A stretch of 64,000 nucleotides of DNA from an uncultured delta proteobacterium (GTDB lineage Bacteria; Desulfobacterota; Desulfomonilia; Desulfomonilales; Desulfomonilaceae), in the NCBI GenBank assembly GCA_963789265.1, contig CAWBKB010000001.1:2304001-2368000 (forward strand), written 5' to 3'. The notes under the pieces were generated by a model. That model saw nothing but the letters and a program-made list of their open reading frames with translations, had not been told where the DNA came from and made no database searches. Of the stretch, positions 1 through 10,760 are shown piece by piece. The number at the start of each line of letters is the position of its first letter. Within the stretch, counting starts at the first letter, position 1. The translations under genes and the position numbers were made by a program.

Positions 1-1
1 A

Positions 2-205
2 AATCCTCTGATTCCGGCTACTACGTGTGGTCTCGCGATCGGGAAAAAAGGCAATATCGTCGCTGACGAAGAGACCGGAAAGACAAGTCTAGAAAAAATA
101 TGGGCCGGAGGAGACGTGGTTACAGGCGCAGCAACGGTTATACTCGCTATGGGAGCTGGACGTAAGGCTGCCAGATCCATGCAAGAGTATCTGAGCAGTC
201 TCTGA
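2..205 (+). CDS. C-terminus of GltD/NfnB-like FAD/NADPH oxidoreductase (5' truncated by window)
   Basis: Hand translation of frame 2: ...GNIVADEETGKTSLEKIWAGGDVVTGAATVILAMGAGRKAARSMQEYLSSL*; AGGD..TG.ATVILAMGAG is the GltD/NfnB C-terminal motif. Confidence 0.85.
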   Translation, partial: NPLIPATTCGLAIGKKGNIVADEETGKTSLEKIWAGGDVVTGAATVILAMGAGRKAARSMQEYLSSL

Positions 206-370
206 GCAATAATTCTTCATAAATAGGTTTAACAACCGCGATGTGGAGAGGGAAGGTTCTCGAGAACCCTGGAGAGAGAGATTTAGCTCTGAAAAATGCT
301 TCTCAGCCCTTAGCGACCAGTAAAGGCGAGCCAAAGCACTATTTGAAAAGACGCGAGGAAGGAGTGAAAG

Positions 371-1576
371 ATGACTACAGATGAGATCAGAGCGGTCTTG
401 AACCTCCACAAGGAATGGTTGGAGGGCAGCGACCAGGGCAAACAGGCGGACCTAACAGGCGCGGATCTCAGGAGAGTTAATCTCAGAGGAGAGGATCTCC
501 GGAAAGCAGTGTTCAGCCAGGCAGACCTTCGAGGTGCCGACATCTGCGACGCGAAGCTGGATATGGCGAATTTTAGTAAAGCAAGACTTAGAGGGGCCAG
601 GCTTCTTCGATCGAGTTTGTGCGAGGCTGACTTAAGCGAAGCCGACCTGAGTGAAGCCAGACTTAGTATGGCGGACCTGAGCGGCGCAAACCTCAACAAA
701 TCAGACCTCAGTGGTGCCAGACTAAGGGCTTGCACATTCAAAGGAGCTAATCTCAGGATGGTCGAAGCGACACGGGCCGATTTTTCCTCGTCCGATCTCA
801 CGGGCGCCGATCTCAGCGATGCAGATGTTAGCGGCGCTAAGCTGGTGGACGTTGACCTAAGCGGCGCGAAACTCGTGGGGGCAAACCTCAGGCGAGCCCT
901 TGCAAAGGGCGCAAAGCTCGCGGGCTGTGATATGACTCGGTCCAAGCTGAGCGGAGGTGACTTCAGCATGGCCGACTTGAGCGGGGCCAACCTGAGTGGT
1001 GCGAAATTGAGGGCTGCGGATCTGAGTCTGGCGGACCTGAGTAAAGCCGACATGTCAGGTGCGGATCTCGGCAACGCAAATCTGCAAAAGGCTAAATTGA
1101 GGAATGTGAATCTCACAAAAGCCAAACTTAAGGCCACCTTCCTGTATGGGGCCGACCTCGCGGGCGCAAATCTCAGCGATGCTAATCTAAATGGAGCGGA
1201 AGTGGCCGCAGCTAATCTCAGAGGAGCTAAGCTGACGCACGCTGATTGTTACAACGCTGACCTATCCAGGTCTGATTTCAGGGATGTGGATGCCAGGAAC
1301 GCCGATATTAGCAGGACGAATCTTCGCTCGGCAAATCTTGCCGGTGCGAACCTTGCGGGTGCGGACCTCAGTAGGGCTACTCTAACAGGTGCAAATTTGA
1401 TGGGGGCAGATCTAACACACGCGAATTTGGACATTTCAAATCTTAGGGCGGCGAACCTCAGCAACGCGAACCTCAGCGGTGCAACGTTTGTGGAGGCTGG
1501 AATGACGTTCGCCAACTTAGCGGGAGCGAACACCGAGGGCGCTAACTTCACAGGAGCCGAAGGGCTGAAGGAGTAG
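371..1576 (+). CDS. Pentapeptide repeat protein
   Basis: 401 aa almost entirely A(D/N)LxX repeats; SD aggaaggag upstream. Confidence 0.95.
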   Translation: MTTDEIRAVLNLHKEWLEGSDQGKQADLTGADLRRVNLRGEDLRKAVFSQADLRGADICDAKLDMANFSKARLRGARLLRSSLCEADLSEADLSEARLSMADLSGANLNKSDLSGARLRACTFKGANLRMVEATRADFSSSDLTGADLSDADVSGAKLVDVDLSGAKLVGANLRRALAKGAKLAGCDMTRSKLSGGDFSMADLSGANLSGAKLRAADLSLADLSKADMSGADLGNANLQKAKLRNVNLTKAKLKATFLYGADLAGANLSDANLNGAEVAAANLRGAKLTHADCYNADLSRSDFRDVDARNADISRTNLRSANLAGANLAGADLSRATLTGANLMGADLTHANLDISNLRAANLSNANLSGATFVEAGMTFANLAGANTEGANFTGAEGLKE

Positions 1577-1855
1577 CGTCATCTCATGTGTAATAGTTGA
1601 GACTTTACCTGACAGAAGCATAGGATTTCAGATTGCACGGACAGAACTGTTTAGAGCAGTTGCCACAAACGATGTCCTTTTATTAGCGGGGCGTTGTAGG
1701 GGCGAATGGCATTCGCTCAGGGCAATGCCGCGTTCCGCGGGATCACCCTGGATTTCGATCCGCAGGTAGGTCGGGCCATGCCCGACGTCCCGCGTTTCGC
1801 GGGAGCGGCCGCGGGCCGCCCTACTCGATGCCCGTGTACGCGGGCATGACGACAT

Positions 1856-1884
1856 GTAAGGGCGGGTTTGAAACCCGCCCTTAC
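1856..1884. repeat. REP-like palindrome GTAAGGGCGGGTTTGAAACCCGCCCTTAC
   Basis: Near-perfect hairpin; related copy at 31149-31177 and an interrupted copy at about 32143-32356. Confidence 0.8.
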
Positions 1885-2009
1885 CAGAAACACGGTGTCA
1901 CTTGTTTGAAAGCGAATCGGTCTTAAAGATGATGCCCTCCTAAAACACAAGAGCCGAGATCTAGAAATTCCGAATTGACCGGATTTGAGGGGACTGGAAA
2001 TATTTTCGG

Positions 2010-2462
2010 TCACCCGAATGATTCCCCTTTTTCAGCGGGGGCCTCCACAATCAGCAGGGGGCGATGGGCCGTCTTCAAAACGCTCCTGGCAACGCTACCC
2101 ATCACAAGGTGCTTTACGCCGGTTCGGCCGTGGGTCCCGCACACGATCAAATCCACTGATTCTTCTTGTGCTAGGGAAATTATCACTTTGGGCGTTATAC
2201 CGCTTCGGCAATAGGTTTCCACATCCTTCACCAAATGGGCACACTCGTTTGCCATCATTTGAAGGCGCTCATGGGCGGAACGTTCGGTGGCTTCAAGGAT
2301 CTCATGAAGTTTTTCGGCCCAATCGACATAGCCGGGAAAATCGATCACATGGATGATGAGAAGTCGTGCTCCAAAGGCCTTCGCATAGTCGATTGCCAGT
2401 TCCCAAGCGGGACGGTTGTTCTCAGAAAAATCAGTGCAAAAAAGAATCTTCTTTGGAACCAT
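2010..2462 (-). CDS. Universal stress protein (UspA family)
   Basis: KKILFCTDFSE and DLIVCGTHGRTGVKHLVMGSVARSVL motifs. Confidence 0.95.
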   Translation of the reverse strand: MVPKKILFCTDFSENNRPAWELAIDYAKAFGARLLIIHVIDFPGYVDWAEKLHEILEATERSAHERLQMMANECAHLVKDVETYCRSGITPKVIISLAQEESVDLIVCGTHGRTGVKHLVMGSVARSVLKTAHRPLLIVEAPAEKGESFG

Positions 2463-2596
2463 GGTGGATTCCTCCCTCTGATTAAGGTTGATGAAGGGCT
2501 ACATGGTAAGTCCCGCAATTCTTGTCCGATCGGCACATGAAGGAATCCCCCGCTTTTCTGGGCAGCGGACCAACATCAGCAGATGTCTTCACAGAG

Positions 2597-2631
2597 GGGT
2601 GCCACTCCAGGCCTACCCAGCAGTGGCACCC
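2597..2631. repeat. GGGTGCCAC-type REP-like palindrome
   Basis: gggtgccact...agtggcaccc arms; same family at 48916-48986 and inside the MITEs near 50.1 and 58.5 kb. Confidence 0.7.
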
Positions 2632-2784
2632 AAACTATCCTCTTCCTTTTTTGGACATCAAATGAAATCAGACAGAAATTTTGGCAACCGCCATGGGCTT
2701 TCAAAGATGATGCCCGCACTAAACCCAAGCGCTGCGGTCCACAAATTCCAAGTTTCCGCGCAAGGGGACGCGAGACTATTCACG

Positions 2785-3249
2785 TCACCCAAACGATTCC
2801 CCTTTTTCAGCGGGGGCCTCCACAATCAGCATGGGGCGATGGGCCATCTTCAAAACGCTCCTGGCAACGCTACCCATTACAAGGTGCGTCACGCCGGTTC
2901 GACCATGGCTCCCGCACACGATCAGGTCGACATGTTTTTCTTGTGCCAAGGTAACTATCTGCCTTGTGGCCATGCCGGTTCGGCAGAAGGTCTTCACATC
3001 CTTCACCAGATGAGCACATTCTTTTGCCATCAAATTAAGGCGCTCGTGGGCAGCATCTTCAGTGGCGTCAAGGACGTCACGCAGCTTTCCTTCCCAATCG
3101 CCGGCCCAAGCGACATAGTTGGGAAAATCGATCACGTGCAGGATGAGAAGTTGTGCGTCAAAAGCTTTCGCATAGTCGACCGCCATCTCCCAAGCGGGAC
3201 GACTGTTCTCCGAAAAATCAGTACAAAAAAGAATCTTCTTGGGAACCAT
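2785..3249 (-). CDS. Universal stress protein (UspA family), tandem paralog
   Basis: Same Usp motifs; identical C-terminus IVEAPAEKGESFG to 2010-2462. Confidence 0.95.
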   Translation of the reverse strand: MVPKKILFCTDFSENSRPAWEMAVDYAKAFDAQLLILHVIDFPNYVAWAGDWEGKLRDVLDATEDAAHERLNLMAKECAHLVKDVKTFCRTGMATRQIVTLAQEKHVDLIVCGSHGRTGVTHLVMGSVARSVLKMAHRPMLIVEAPAEKGESFG

Positions 3250-3504
3250 GCTGAATACCTCGTTCTAATTAAGTTGGTGAACCGCTGCGGCCACCCCTGT
3301 CGGACCACCCATTGATCGTCCGCGTTCTTAAGCCAATATTATTGGGCGAGAAAGGCCGAGGAGTCTGAGTGAGCCTCTCCTTTTCTCTGGGCCAAACCCT
3401 CAGTCTTTCCGGTAAACAGTAGCGAAAAGTCGATATAACGCCGCAGTTTCGCTCATAACGGTCTGCTCGCTTCAACCAAAATCCCTTAACTCCTGATCGC
3501 TACT

Positions 3505-3798
3505 TCACGGTTCAAAGTAGATTGGGGTTCCGAGTTGCCCCAGTCGAAAGAGGTCCAAAACGTGATGACCGTCGTAGTCGAGGATGCGCAAGTCATCCTC
3601 CTGATGAAGGTCGCCGGTAATAACGTTGTAATGGTGTCCGTACTTTTGTTTCGCCGTGTCCAGGGGTACTTCAAAAGCAACGAATTTCTTGATTCCTTTC
3701 GTCGCCAGCTTTTCAGCCAGGCGGGAATCCGTAAGCGATTCATACGAAGTCAAGATGAGAATGGGTCCTGAACCGGTAAAGAAAATGCCTGCTTTCAT
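3505..3798 (-). CDS. Hypothetical protein (MKAGIFFTGSGPILILTSY...)
   Basis: SD aaaggag upstream of ATG 3798; protein-like 97 aa ORF co-oriented with the operon. Confidence 0.75.
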   Translation of the reverse strand: MKAGIFFTGSGPILILTSYESLTDSRLAEKLATKGIKKFVAFEVPLDTAKQKYGHHYNVITGDLHQEDDLRILDYDGHHVLDLFRLGQLGTPIYFEP

Positions 3799-3901
3799 GA
3801 CACATGCTCCTTTCTTGGGTTTCACCCACCGGAATTCGGCTCTTATTGAGAGTTGCGCATAGAATGGCGCAGAACTTCGTACCTCGTGACAAATATTCAG
3901 A

Positions 3902-5408
3902 TCATTCTTCCGGAGGGTTCAGGGGCAAGTAAATCGTAAACGTGGTCCCCTTCCCCACTTCACTTGCAACATCGATTCTGCCACTATGCTCCCTTATAAA
4001 CCCGTAACAAATGCTCAGCCCGAGCCCCACTCCTTTCACCTCCTTCTTCGTGGTGAAGAAGGCATCAAATATTCTTTCCACGTTGTGCGGTGGTATCCCA
4101 ACACCGGTGTCTCCGATTGTAACAACAACGTTCGCAGGTTCAGGATCAAATCGGCTGCAGACCCGGAGTTCTCCTCCATTCGGCATTGCAGTATTTGCGT
4201 TAATAACCATGTTGATAAACACCTGTTTCAAATGGCTCCCCACTGCCATAATCGAGGGAAGTTCCCGGGCAAGATCCGTTATCACGCGTATGTTAAGGTT
4301 CTGGAACTGTTTCTCATAGAACAACAACGTCTCTTCGATAAGCTTGTTGATGTCGGTGAGACTCTTCTTCTCGTCGTCCGGCTTGAAGAAACTTCAGCAT
4401 TTTTATTAGAAGACCTGAGGTCCGCTTGCACTCGTTATAGGCAAGGTCAAGGTATTTCTTACGTTCATGAGTGTCGGGCAGCGAGTCCTTTGTCAGTTCC
4501 AGGCAGTTCATGATACCGAAAATTGGATTGTTGAGCTCGTGAGCCAGTTGGGATGCCATTTTGCCCATAGCAGAGAGCCTTTCGGACTGAATCAATTGCC
4601 GGCGCAGGCGCTTCGCTTCTGTGATGTCGCGCATGAGTCCCTGATAACTCACAACCTCTCCTTCATCGTTCTTTGTGGCATAACCACTCATGGAGACATC
4701 TCGGACGGTCCCATCCTTTCGAGCTATTTGCAGCTCGTAATCATTGACCTCGCCTTCTCCGGTGATTTTCCCGCGGAATACGATTACATCGTCCGCGTTC
4801 ACGCATAGATCGCGGTAATAATTCATTCCCAAGAACTCTTCCCGAGCATAGCCTATGATATTCAAGAGGGCCGGATTGCAATCGGTTACCGTTCCCTTGG
4901 CATCGGCAATGAAGACTCCATCCCGGATACTATTGAAGAGGTCTCTGTATTTGGTCTCAGACTCCGCCAGTTGGTCTCGCATCAGCTTTTCTTGAGTGCG
5001 GTCCACAACGAAGCCGCGATATCCGCCAATATTTCCGTCTTTGTCTCTCCACACGTAACTGGATAGGCTCACGTAAATTGGTCTTCCATCCTTGCGCCTG
5101 AAGGTGCCCTCATATCCCCTGACAAACCCGTGCTCCTCAATTATCGCTTGGAATTTGGGTCTGTCCTCGTCATTGCCCCACAACTGAGTGTTAAGGTCTA
5201 TTGCGAGCACTTCCTGTTTAGTCGAATAGCCGAGCATGTTGACCAAAGCGTCGTTACAATCTATGAACTGTCCTTCCCGGGTAGAAATGTAAAATCCGTC
5301 TCTTGCCTCCGCAAAGAATTCCTTTTTATTGCGCTCGATATCCAAAAGTCGTCGCACGTTCTCCTCATCGCCTATTTTGTTGATCGAAAGAACATTTCGA
5401 TCAGACAT
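3902..5408 (-). CDS. Cytoplasmic PAS-PAS histidine kinase (frameshift near 4390)
   Basis: Two PAS repeats and H-box LAHELNNP in 4314-5408; N/G boxes (QVFINMVINA, DTGVGI, GVGLGL) in 3902-4327; removing one T near 4390 joins the frames. Confidence 0.9.
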
Positions 5409-5506
5409 GGGTGCCTCCAGGCTCGTCCGCCACGGTTTGGAAAGGTTTCACGGGGTTGCCTCAAGTCAACGAGACCCCCCGGACGATGATCGGACAAATC
5501 CTTAAT

Positions 5507-6385
5507 TTACTGGGCCAGATCGAGAATGCGGGGAACGACCTCCTCCTTCCCTATGGCCATGATGTGGACTCCGTCAGCGATCTTCTCCTTCCGGATGGTT
5601 TTGATCATACGTGCCGCGATTTGTATCCCCGTTTCCAGGGCCTTGCCTTTCGGTGCGCCGGCCAATTCGTCGATAAGGGCCTCAGGTACGAATATACCGG
5701 GCACATTCTTGTTCATGAACTTGGCCATCGGTGCGCTGGTAAGGAGCACGATGCCTGCAAGGATCTTGACCTTAAATTTCCTGGCATAATCCATGAAGCT
5801 TCTAAAATTATTGAGATCGTAAATCGCCTGGGTTTGTATAAAATCCGCCCCTGCGTCGATCTTTTTTTCAAATTTTATTAACTGCGGTTCCAGTGGCCGG
5901 GCCTCGGGCGTAACGATGGCCCCTTTGACGAAACGAGGAACGCCATCCAAGGAGTTGCCTGCCAAATCCTTTCCGTCCGACAACGTATGGAGAGCATCCA
6001 GCAACTGCACAGAATCGAGATCGAAAACGCCTTTGGCCTCCTTGTGATCACCAACGACCACAGCGTCGCCGGTGAGGCACAGAACGTTGTATATGCCTCG
6101 GCTGTAGGCGAAGAAAAGATCGGCCTGCAGGGCCAAGCGGTTGCGATCGCGGCAGGTCATCTGGAGAATGGGCTCGCCTCCCATTTCCTTGACCAGAAGG
6201 GCTCCTCCTAAAGAGGGGTATCTCAGTACCGAGCTTTGATTGTCGGTAATGTTCATCGCATCCACACGGTCCTTGAGTAATGCGATGTGATGCTTCATAG
6301 GCTCGATGTTGACCCCCTTGGGAGGCCCTATCTCCGCAGTCACAACGAATTTTCCTGAATCGAGAGCTTCCTTGAACCGGCTCAT
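5507..6385 (-). CDS. metF: Methylenetetrahydrofolate reductase
   Basis: VTAEIGPPKG, QMTCRDRNRLALQ, LTGD, GADFIQTQ, GVHIMA motifs. Confidence 0.92.
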   Translation of the reverse strand: MSRFKEALDSGKFVVTAEIGPPKGVNIEPMKHHIALLKDRVDAMNITDNQSSVLRYPSLGGALLVKEMGGEPILQMTCRDRNRLALQADLFFAYSRGIYNVLCLTGDAVVVGDHKEAKGVFDLDSVQLLDALHTLSDGKDLAGNSLDGVPRFVKGAIVTPEARPLEPQLIKFEKKIDAGADFIQTQAIYDLNNFRSFMDYARKFKVKILAGIVLLTSAPMAKFMNKNVPGIFVPEALIDELAGAPKGKALETGIQIAARMIKTIRKEKIADGVHIMAIGKEEVVPRILDLAQ

Positions 6386-6430
6386 GCGAGGCCCCCTTTC
6401 TTGCTCGCGACACACCGACTGAATGCCCAT

Positions 6431-7102
6431 CTACTGCCTATCAGCCTCCCCGGGCGAAAGTACCAGATCCATGATGCCGGGTCTCAGGACAGCGTTGTGA
6501 TTCTTGGCAGGATGGTACCTTTTCATGCGGTCAAGCCGTCCCTGACTCTGCAGCCTGTTGTAGATAACCGTCCAGGCGCACTGCCTTCCGTCGCCAACCT
6601 CACACATCCCCTCGTTTGGTCCTCCGCATGGGCCATTGAGGAGCCCTTTGTGGCAAAGCGTCACAGGGCAAATTCCCCCTGTGTCGGCCAGAACGCACTG
6701 CCCGCATTGCATGCAGACCTCGGAATAGCGCCCGGTCGGTCCTTCCTTTCCCATGAATAGTGTGTCGAGGGCCGGCACCACAGGTTTCTTGAGCTGCGAA
6801 GCAGCAGTCTGGACGCCAAATGCGCACGACATGACCAAAACAGCGTCTGCGGCACCAAGGGAATCCTTGAAAGCGTGTCTCATCTCTGCAGTCACTTCGT
6901 CGCATCCTGTAGGTGGGATAGCAGTCCCGGTAACGATCTTTCCCGCACCTGTCAGTTTCTCGGCCATCGCCGCTACTTCTTCAATTCCGCCGGTACGGCA
7001 TAAGGTGGCACATGTGCCGCAGCCGATGAGGAAGATGCTGGCGTCGTCCGTTAGGCTCTCCAGAATTTGCTCGAAAGTTTTTTGTCGGGTAATAGTCTTC
7101 AT
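6431..7102 (-). CDS. metV: MTHFR Fe-S/Zn subunit (MetV-like)
   Basis: GCGTCATLC, CMQCGQC, CPVTLCHKGLLNGPCGG, CEV...CAW; directly upstream of metF. Confidence 0.88.
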   Translation of the reverse strand: MKTITRQKTFEQILESLTDDASIFLIGCGTCATLCRTGGIEEVAAMAEKLTGAGKIVTGTAIPPTGCDEVTAEMRHAFKDSLGAADAVLVMSCAFGVQTAASQLKKPVVPALDTLFMGKEGPTGRYSEVCMQCGQCVLADTGGICPVTLCHKGLLNGPCGGPNEGMCEVGDGRQCAWTVIYNRLQSQGRLDRMKRYHPAKNHNAVLRPGIMDLVLSPGEADRQ

Positions 7103-7130
7103 GGCCGGCCCCTATGAAGAAACAGTGCAT

Positions 7131-10100
7131 TTACAAGTCAGTGTCGGAACGATTCTCTATCTCTCTCATACGTTCCAAATCACATCTGAGGCACCGGGAA
7201 GCTTCTGTTCGGGCCTGGTCTTCGCTGAATCCAGTCTCCAGCTCACAGAAGCTCAATACCCGTTCTGCCGGACGCAGAGAGGGCATTTCGACTCTGGGTC
7301 TGGGCTGATCCAGTTCTTCAGGCCGCGACGGTGGCTCAGGAATCAGGTGGTATTTTTCATCTGTGATGACAAGAGGCGCTTTGATACCTCCCAAATAGCG
7401 ATCAATGCTCAATGCCGCTCGTCGGCCTGTAGCTATGGCATAGATGACCATGGACGGACCGGTTACAAAGTCTCCCCCGGCGAATATCCATGGAATGTTG
7501 GTACACAGCGTATCAGGATCCACTCTCAGGGCACCCCATTTTACCCGTTCCAGTCGAGAATCTGGGGGGAGGAAACTCAAGTCAGGGGCTTGTCCCACTG
7601 CCGGGACCACCATGTCTGCCTCGAGGAAGAAGTCCGTCCCTTCAATTGGCAATGGTTGCCGGCGTCCGGACTCGTCAGGTTCTGCAAGCTTCATACGGAT
7701 GAATCTCACGCCTGTAACCCTGCCATTGGACCTTTCGATTCTGGTAGGCGAAACCAGAAACTGAAACTCTATACCCTCCTCCTGGGCCTGATGGAATTCG
7801 TACGGCGAAACAGGCATCTCTTCACTGGACCGCCGGTACATGACAGTTACGTGTCGAGCCCCTTTGCGGAGTGCACTGCGGGCTGCATCTACTGCTGTGT
7901 TTCCGCCTCCGATTATGAGGACGCGGTTCCCGACGTGAACATGTTCTCCTGCTTTGACATCACGCAAAAGGTGAAGCCCATAGGAGAGTCCTTCGATGCC
8001 TCCTTCTTCACCGGGAATGCGTAACTCCTGGCTTCGGTGTGCTCCCGCCGCGACAAAGACTGCGTCATACCCCTCCGCCCGGAGATCTTCCAGGGTATGG
8101 AATTGGTTAATGGCGCTATCGTAGAGGATTTCCACTCCCTTGGCCTGAATGTACTCAATTTCTCGGGCGAGTACGTCTTTGGGCAAGCGGAACTCCGGGA
8201 GAGCTACGTCTAGCATCCCTCCACCGTGGGAAAGCGCTTCAAACACAGTTGTTCTGTACCCCATATTCGCCAGGAAGTAGGCGCAACTGAGGCCGGCCGG
8301 TCCGGCTCCAACTATGGCCACTCGCTGTTTCCTGGTGACGGGAAAGGGCTCCGGGGGCGCTTGATTCGCATACGCCCAGTCGGCCGCAAAACGCTTCAGA
8401 TACCGAATGGACACCGGTTGGTCCACTTCTCCTCTGCGGCATTTCCCCTCGCAAGGATGATGGCAGATACGCCCACACACCGCGGGGAATGGATTTCGTT
8501 CTCGGATAACATCTATCGCCTTTTCGTAATCACCCTGGCTGAGAAACGCTACGTACGAGGGGACGTCGATTCCTGCGGGGCATGTGTGCTGGCACGGAGA
8601 AAGGACCAGAGCTTCGCATACTCCGGCCGGGCACCTTTTTCTCAAGATATGGGCTTCGAATTCGTCGCGAAAGTACGTGAGGGCAGATAACACAGGATTC
8701 GGACAAGTCTGTCCGAGTCCACACAGGCTGGTGCTTTTTACTAGACGTGCGATCCTTTCCAGCCTGTCCAAATCCTTCATAGTCGCCTCCCCTTTGGTGA
8801 TCCTTGTGAGAATCTGCAGCATTTGCTTCGTTCCAATGCGGCAAGGGGAGCACTGTCCGCAGGATTCCTCAGCAGTAAACGAGACGAAATAACGGGCTAC
8901 CTCCACCATGCAGGTGTTTTCATCCATAACCACCATGCCGCCGGATCCCATGATGGACCCCGCAGCCTGGAGCGAATCGTAATCAATGGGCAAATCAAGT
9001 AATTTGTGAGGTATGCATCCGCCTGAAGGGCCGCCCATCTGGACTGCCTTGAACTGCCTGTTCTTTGGAATTCCTCCCCCTATATCGAAAATCACATGTC
9101 GTATGGTGGCTCCCATCGGAACTTCGACCAGGCCCGTGTTGATGACCTTGCCGGTCAAGGAGAAGATCTTGGTTCCTTTTGATTTTTCAGTTCCTAGAGA
9201 AGCATAGACCTCTGTCCCCATCCGTATTGCCAAGGGGACATTAGCCAGGGTTTCGACATTGTTGATCACAGTGGGACAGCCAAAGAGACCCTTTTGCGCA
9301 GGGAATGGCGGACGCGGGCGAGGCATTCCTCTGCGGCCCTCGATCGAGGCAATCAGCGCCGTCTCTTCGCCACACACAAAAGCTCCGGCTCCTTGAAACA
9401 AGCGGATGTTAAAATCGAATCCGCTGCCGAGAATGTTCTCGCCCAAAAGCCCAAGTTGGCGGGCTTGCCCGAGTCCTGTTTCCAACCGCTCGACGGCCAA
9501 AGGATATTCTGCTCGGCAGTATATGTACCCTTCTCTCGCGCCGATGGCATAGGCCGCTATGATCATCCCTTCTATGACCAGATGAGGATTGCCTTCCAAG
9601 ATCGACCGGTCCATGAATGCGCCCGGATCTCCTTCGTCGGCATTGCAGATAATGAATTTTCGGTTGCCTTTCGAGGCCCGAGCGTAGCGCCATTTAGATC
9701 CAGTTGGAAAACCCGCACCGCCTCGGCCTCTTAATCCGGAGCGCTCTATCGAATCTATCACTCGAGTGGGCTCCCATGAGGCGAGTACCTCTTCGACGGC
9801 GCTGTAGCCATCATGAGAAATGGCATCTTCGATTGAAGTGGGATCGATGCGTCCGTTAAGAGAGAGAACCGTCCTCTGCTGCTGAGCATAGAAGGGCACC
9901 TCCGACTCATAGAGAAATTTCTTCCCGTTTTCGAGGTCTGAGTACAGGAGCCTTCCAAGAATGTTGTACCTGACCACCGTCTCTTCGACCACTTCCCGCA
10001 CATCTTCCGGCTTAAGGCCGGGATAAAAAATACGTCGGGGCCCGATGGTGACCAACGGTCCTCGCTCGCAAAAGCCTCGACATCCCACTCGCTTTACTTT

Positions 10101-10283
10101 CACCTTTCCGGCCAGCCCTTGCTTGTGCAGCTCTTCCTCTAGCTGTGTAATCACGTCCTCGGCTCCCCACGCCTGGCATCCTGTGCCGGAACACACAGCT
10201 ATCTCGGTCACATTAGGATCAAGGTTGCGCTGGAGCGCCAGACGAAACTTCGTCAGATCGGCAAGGGAATTCAGACGTTCCAT
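7131..10283 (-). CDS. NuoF/HydB-like NADH/FMN subunit fused to a GltD-like FAD/NADPH domain
   Basis: N-terminal 2Fe-2S (CSGTGC...CRGFC), GLRGRGGAGFPTG, NADEGDPG, ESCGQCSPCR; then PCQHTCP, CGRICHHPCEGKC, GAGPAG, GGGNTA, YRRS, AGGD. Confidence 0.92.
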   Translation of the reverse strand: MERLNSLADLTKFRLALQRNLDPNVTEIAVCSGTGCQAWGAEDVITQLEEELHKQGLAGKVKVKRVGCRGFCERGPLVTIGPRRIFYPGLKPEDVREVVEETVVRYNILGRLLYSDLENGKKFLYESEVPFYAQQQRTVLSLNGRIDPTSIEDAISHDGYSAVEEVLASWEPTRVIDSIERSGLRGRGGAGFPTGSKWRYARASKGNRKFIICNADEGDPGAFMDRSILEGNPHLVIEGMIIAAYAIGAREGYIYCRAEYPLAVERLETGLGQARQLGLLGENILGSGFDFNIRLFQGAGAFVCGEETALIASIEGRRGMPRPRPPFPAQKGLFGCPTVINNVETLANVPLAIRMGTEVYASLGTEKSKGTKIFSLTGKVINTGLVEVPMGATIRHVIFDIGGGIPKNRQFKAVQMGGPSGGCIPHKLLDLPIDYDSLQAAGSIMGSGGMVVMDENTCMVEVARYFVSFTAEESCGQCSPCRIGTKQMLQILTRITKGEATMKDLDRLERIARLVKSTSLCGLGQTCPNPVLSALTYFRDEFEAHILRKRCPAGVCEALVLSPCQHTCPAGIDVPSYVAFLSQGDYEKAIDVIRERNPFPAVCGRICHHPCEGKCRRGEVDQPVSIRYLKRFAADWAYANQAPPEPFPVTRKQRVAIVGAGPAGLSCAYFLANMGYRTTVFEALSHGGGMLDVALPEFRLPKDVLAREIEYIQAKGVEILYDSAINQFHTLEDLRAEGYDAVFVAAGAHRSQELRIPGEEGGIEGLSYGLHLLRDVKAGEHVHVGNRVLIIGGGNTAVDAARSALRKGARHVTVMYRRSSEEMPVSPYEFHQAQEEGIEFQFLVSPTRIERSNGRVTGVRFIRMKLAEPDESGRRQPLPIEGTDFFLEADMVVPAVGQAPDLSFLPPDSRLERVKWGALRVDPDTLCTNIPWIFAGGDFVTGPSMVIYAIATGRRAALSIDRYLGGIKAPLVITDEKYHLIPEPPSRPEELDQPRPRVEMPSLRPAERVLSFCELETGFSEDQARTEASRCLRCDLERMREIENRSDTDL

Positions 10284-10295
10284 GACGTCACTCTG

Positions 10296-10760
10296 TCAGG
10301 GTAGGTTCCTTAGGACAGCTTCTACCCTCCCGGCATTGAGCTTTCCGTAATAGGCTTTGTTTATGACCATAACAGGGCTCAAAGCGCAGGCCCCAAGGCA
10401 TGCCACAGTCTCGAAGGTGAACCGCATGTCTTCCGAGGTTGCGCCGTCTTCTAGCCCGGTAAACTTTTGGACCGTTGGGTCCACGGTTCTCCCGGCTCGA
10501 ACGTGGCAAGCCGTTCCACGACAGACCCTAATGACGTTTTTCCCCCGGGGCGTGATGGTAAACTGGCTGTAAAAGCTAATTACTCCGGTGATCTCCGATG
10601 GGAATATCTTTATGAACTTCGCTATAGGTTCCACCGTATCAGACGGAATGTATCCGAACTTTTCCTGAACCGCCTGAAGAACGGGGATAAGATTTTCGCG
10701 CACGGGTTGGAACTGTTTTAGAATTTCGTCTAAGAGCCCGATGTCCAATTCCTGTTCCAT
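10296..10760 (-). CDS. NuoE/HydC-like 2Fe-2S subunit
   Basis: VCRGTACHV and VACLGACALSPV; TAATG overlap with upstream gene. Confidence 0.92.
   Translation of the reverse strand: MEQELDIGLLDEILKQFQPVRENLIPVLQAVQEKFGYIPSDTVEPIAKFIKIFPSEITGVISFYSQFTITPRGKNVIRVCRGTACHVRAGRTVDPTVQKFTGLEDGATSEDMRFTFETVACLGACALSPVMVINKAYYGKLNAGRVEAVLRNLP

Noticed and set aside
310..1551. Long antisense ORFs and DNA periodicity over the pentapeptide gene
   Set aside because: Shadow of the 15-nt coding repeat; not a separate gene or an array
6753..8024. 423-aa plus-strand ORF and similar long antisense ORFs (40562-41641, 41864-42919)
   Set aside because: Lie opposite well-supported genes and have no recognisable motifs
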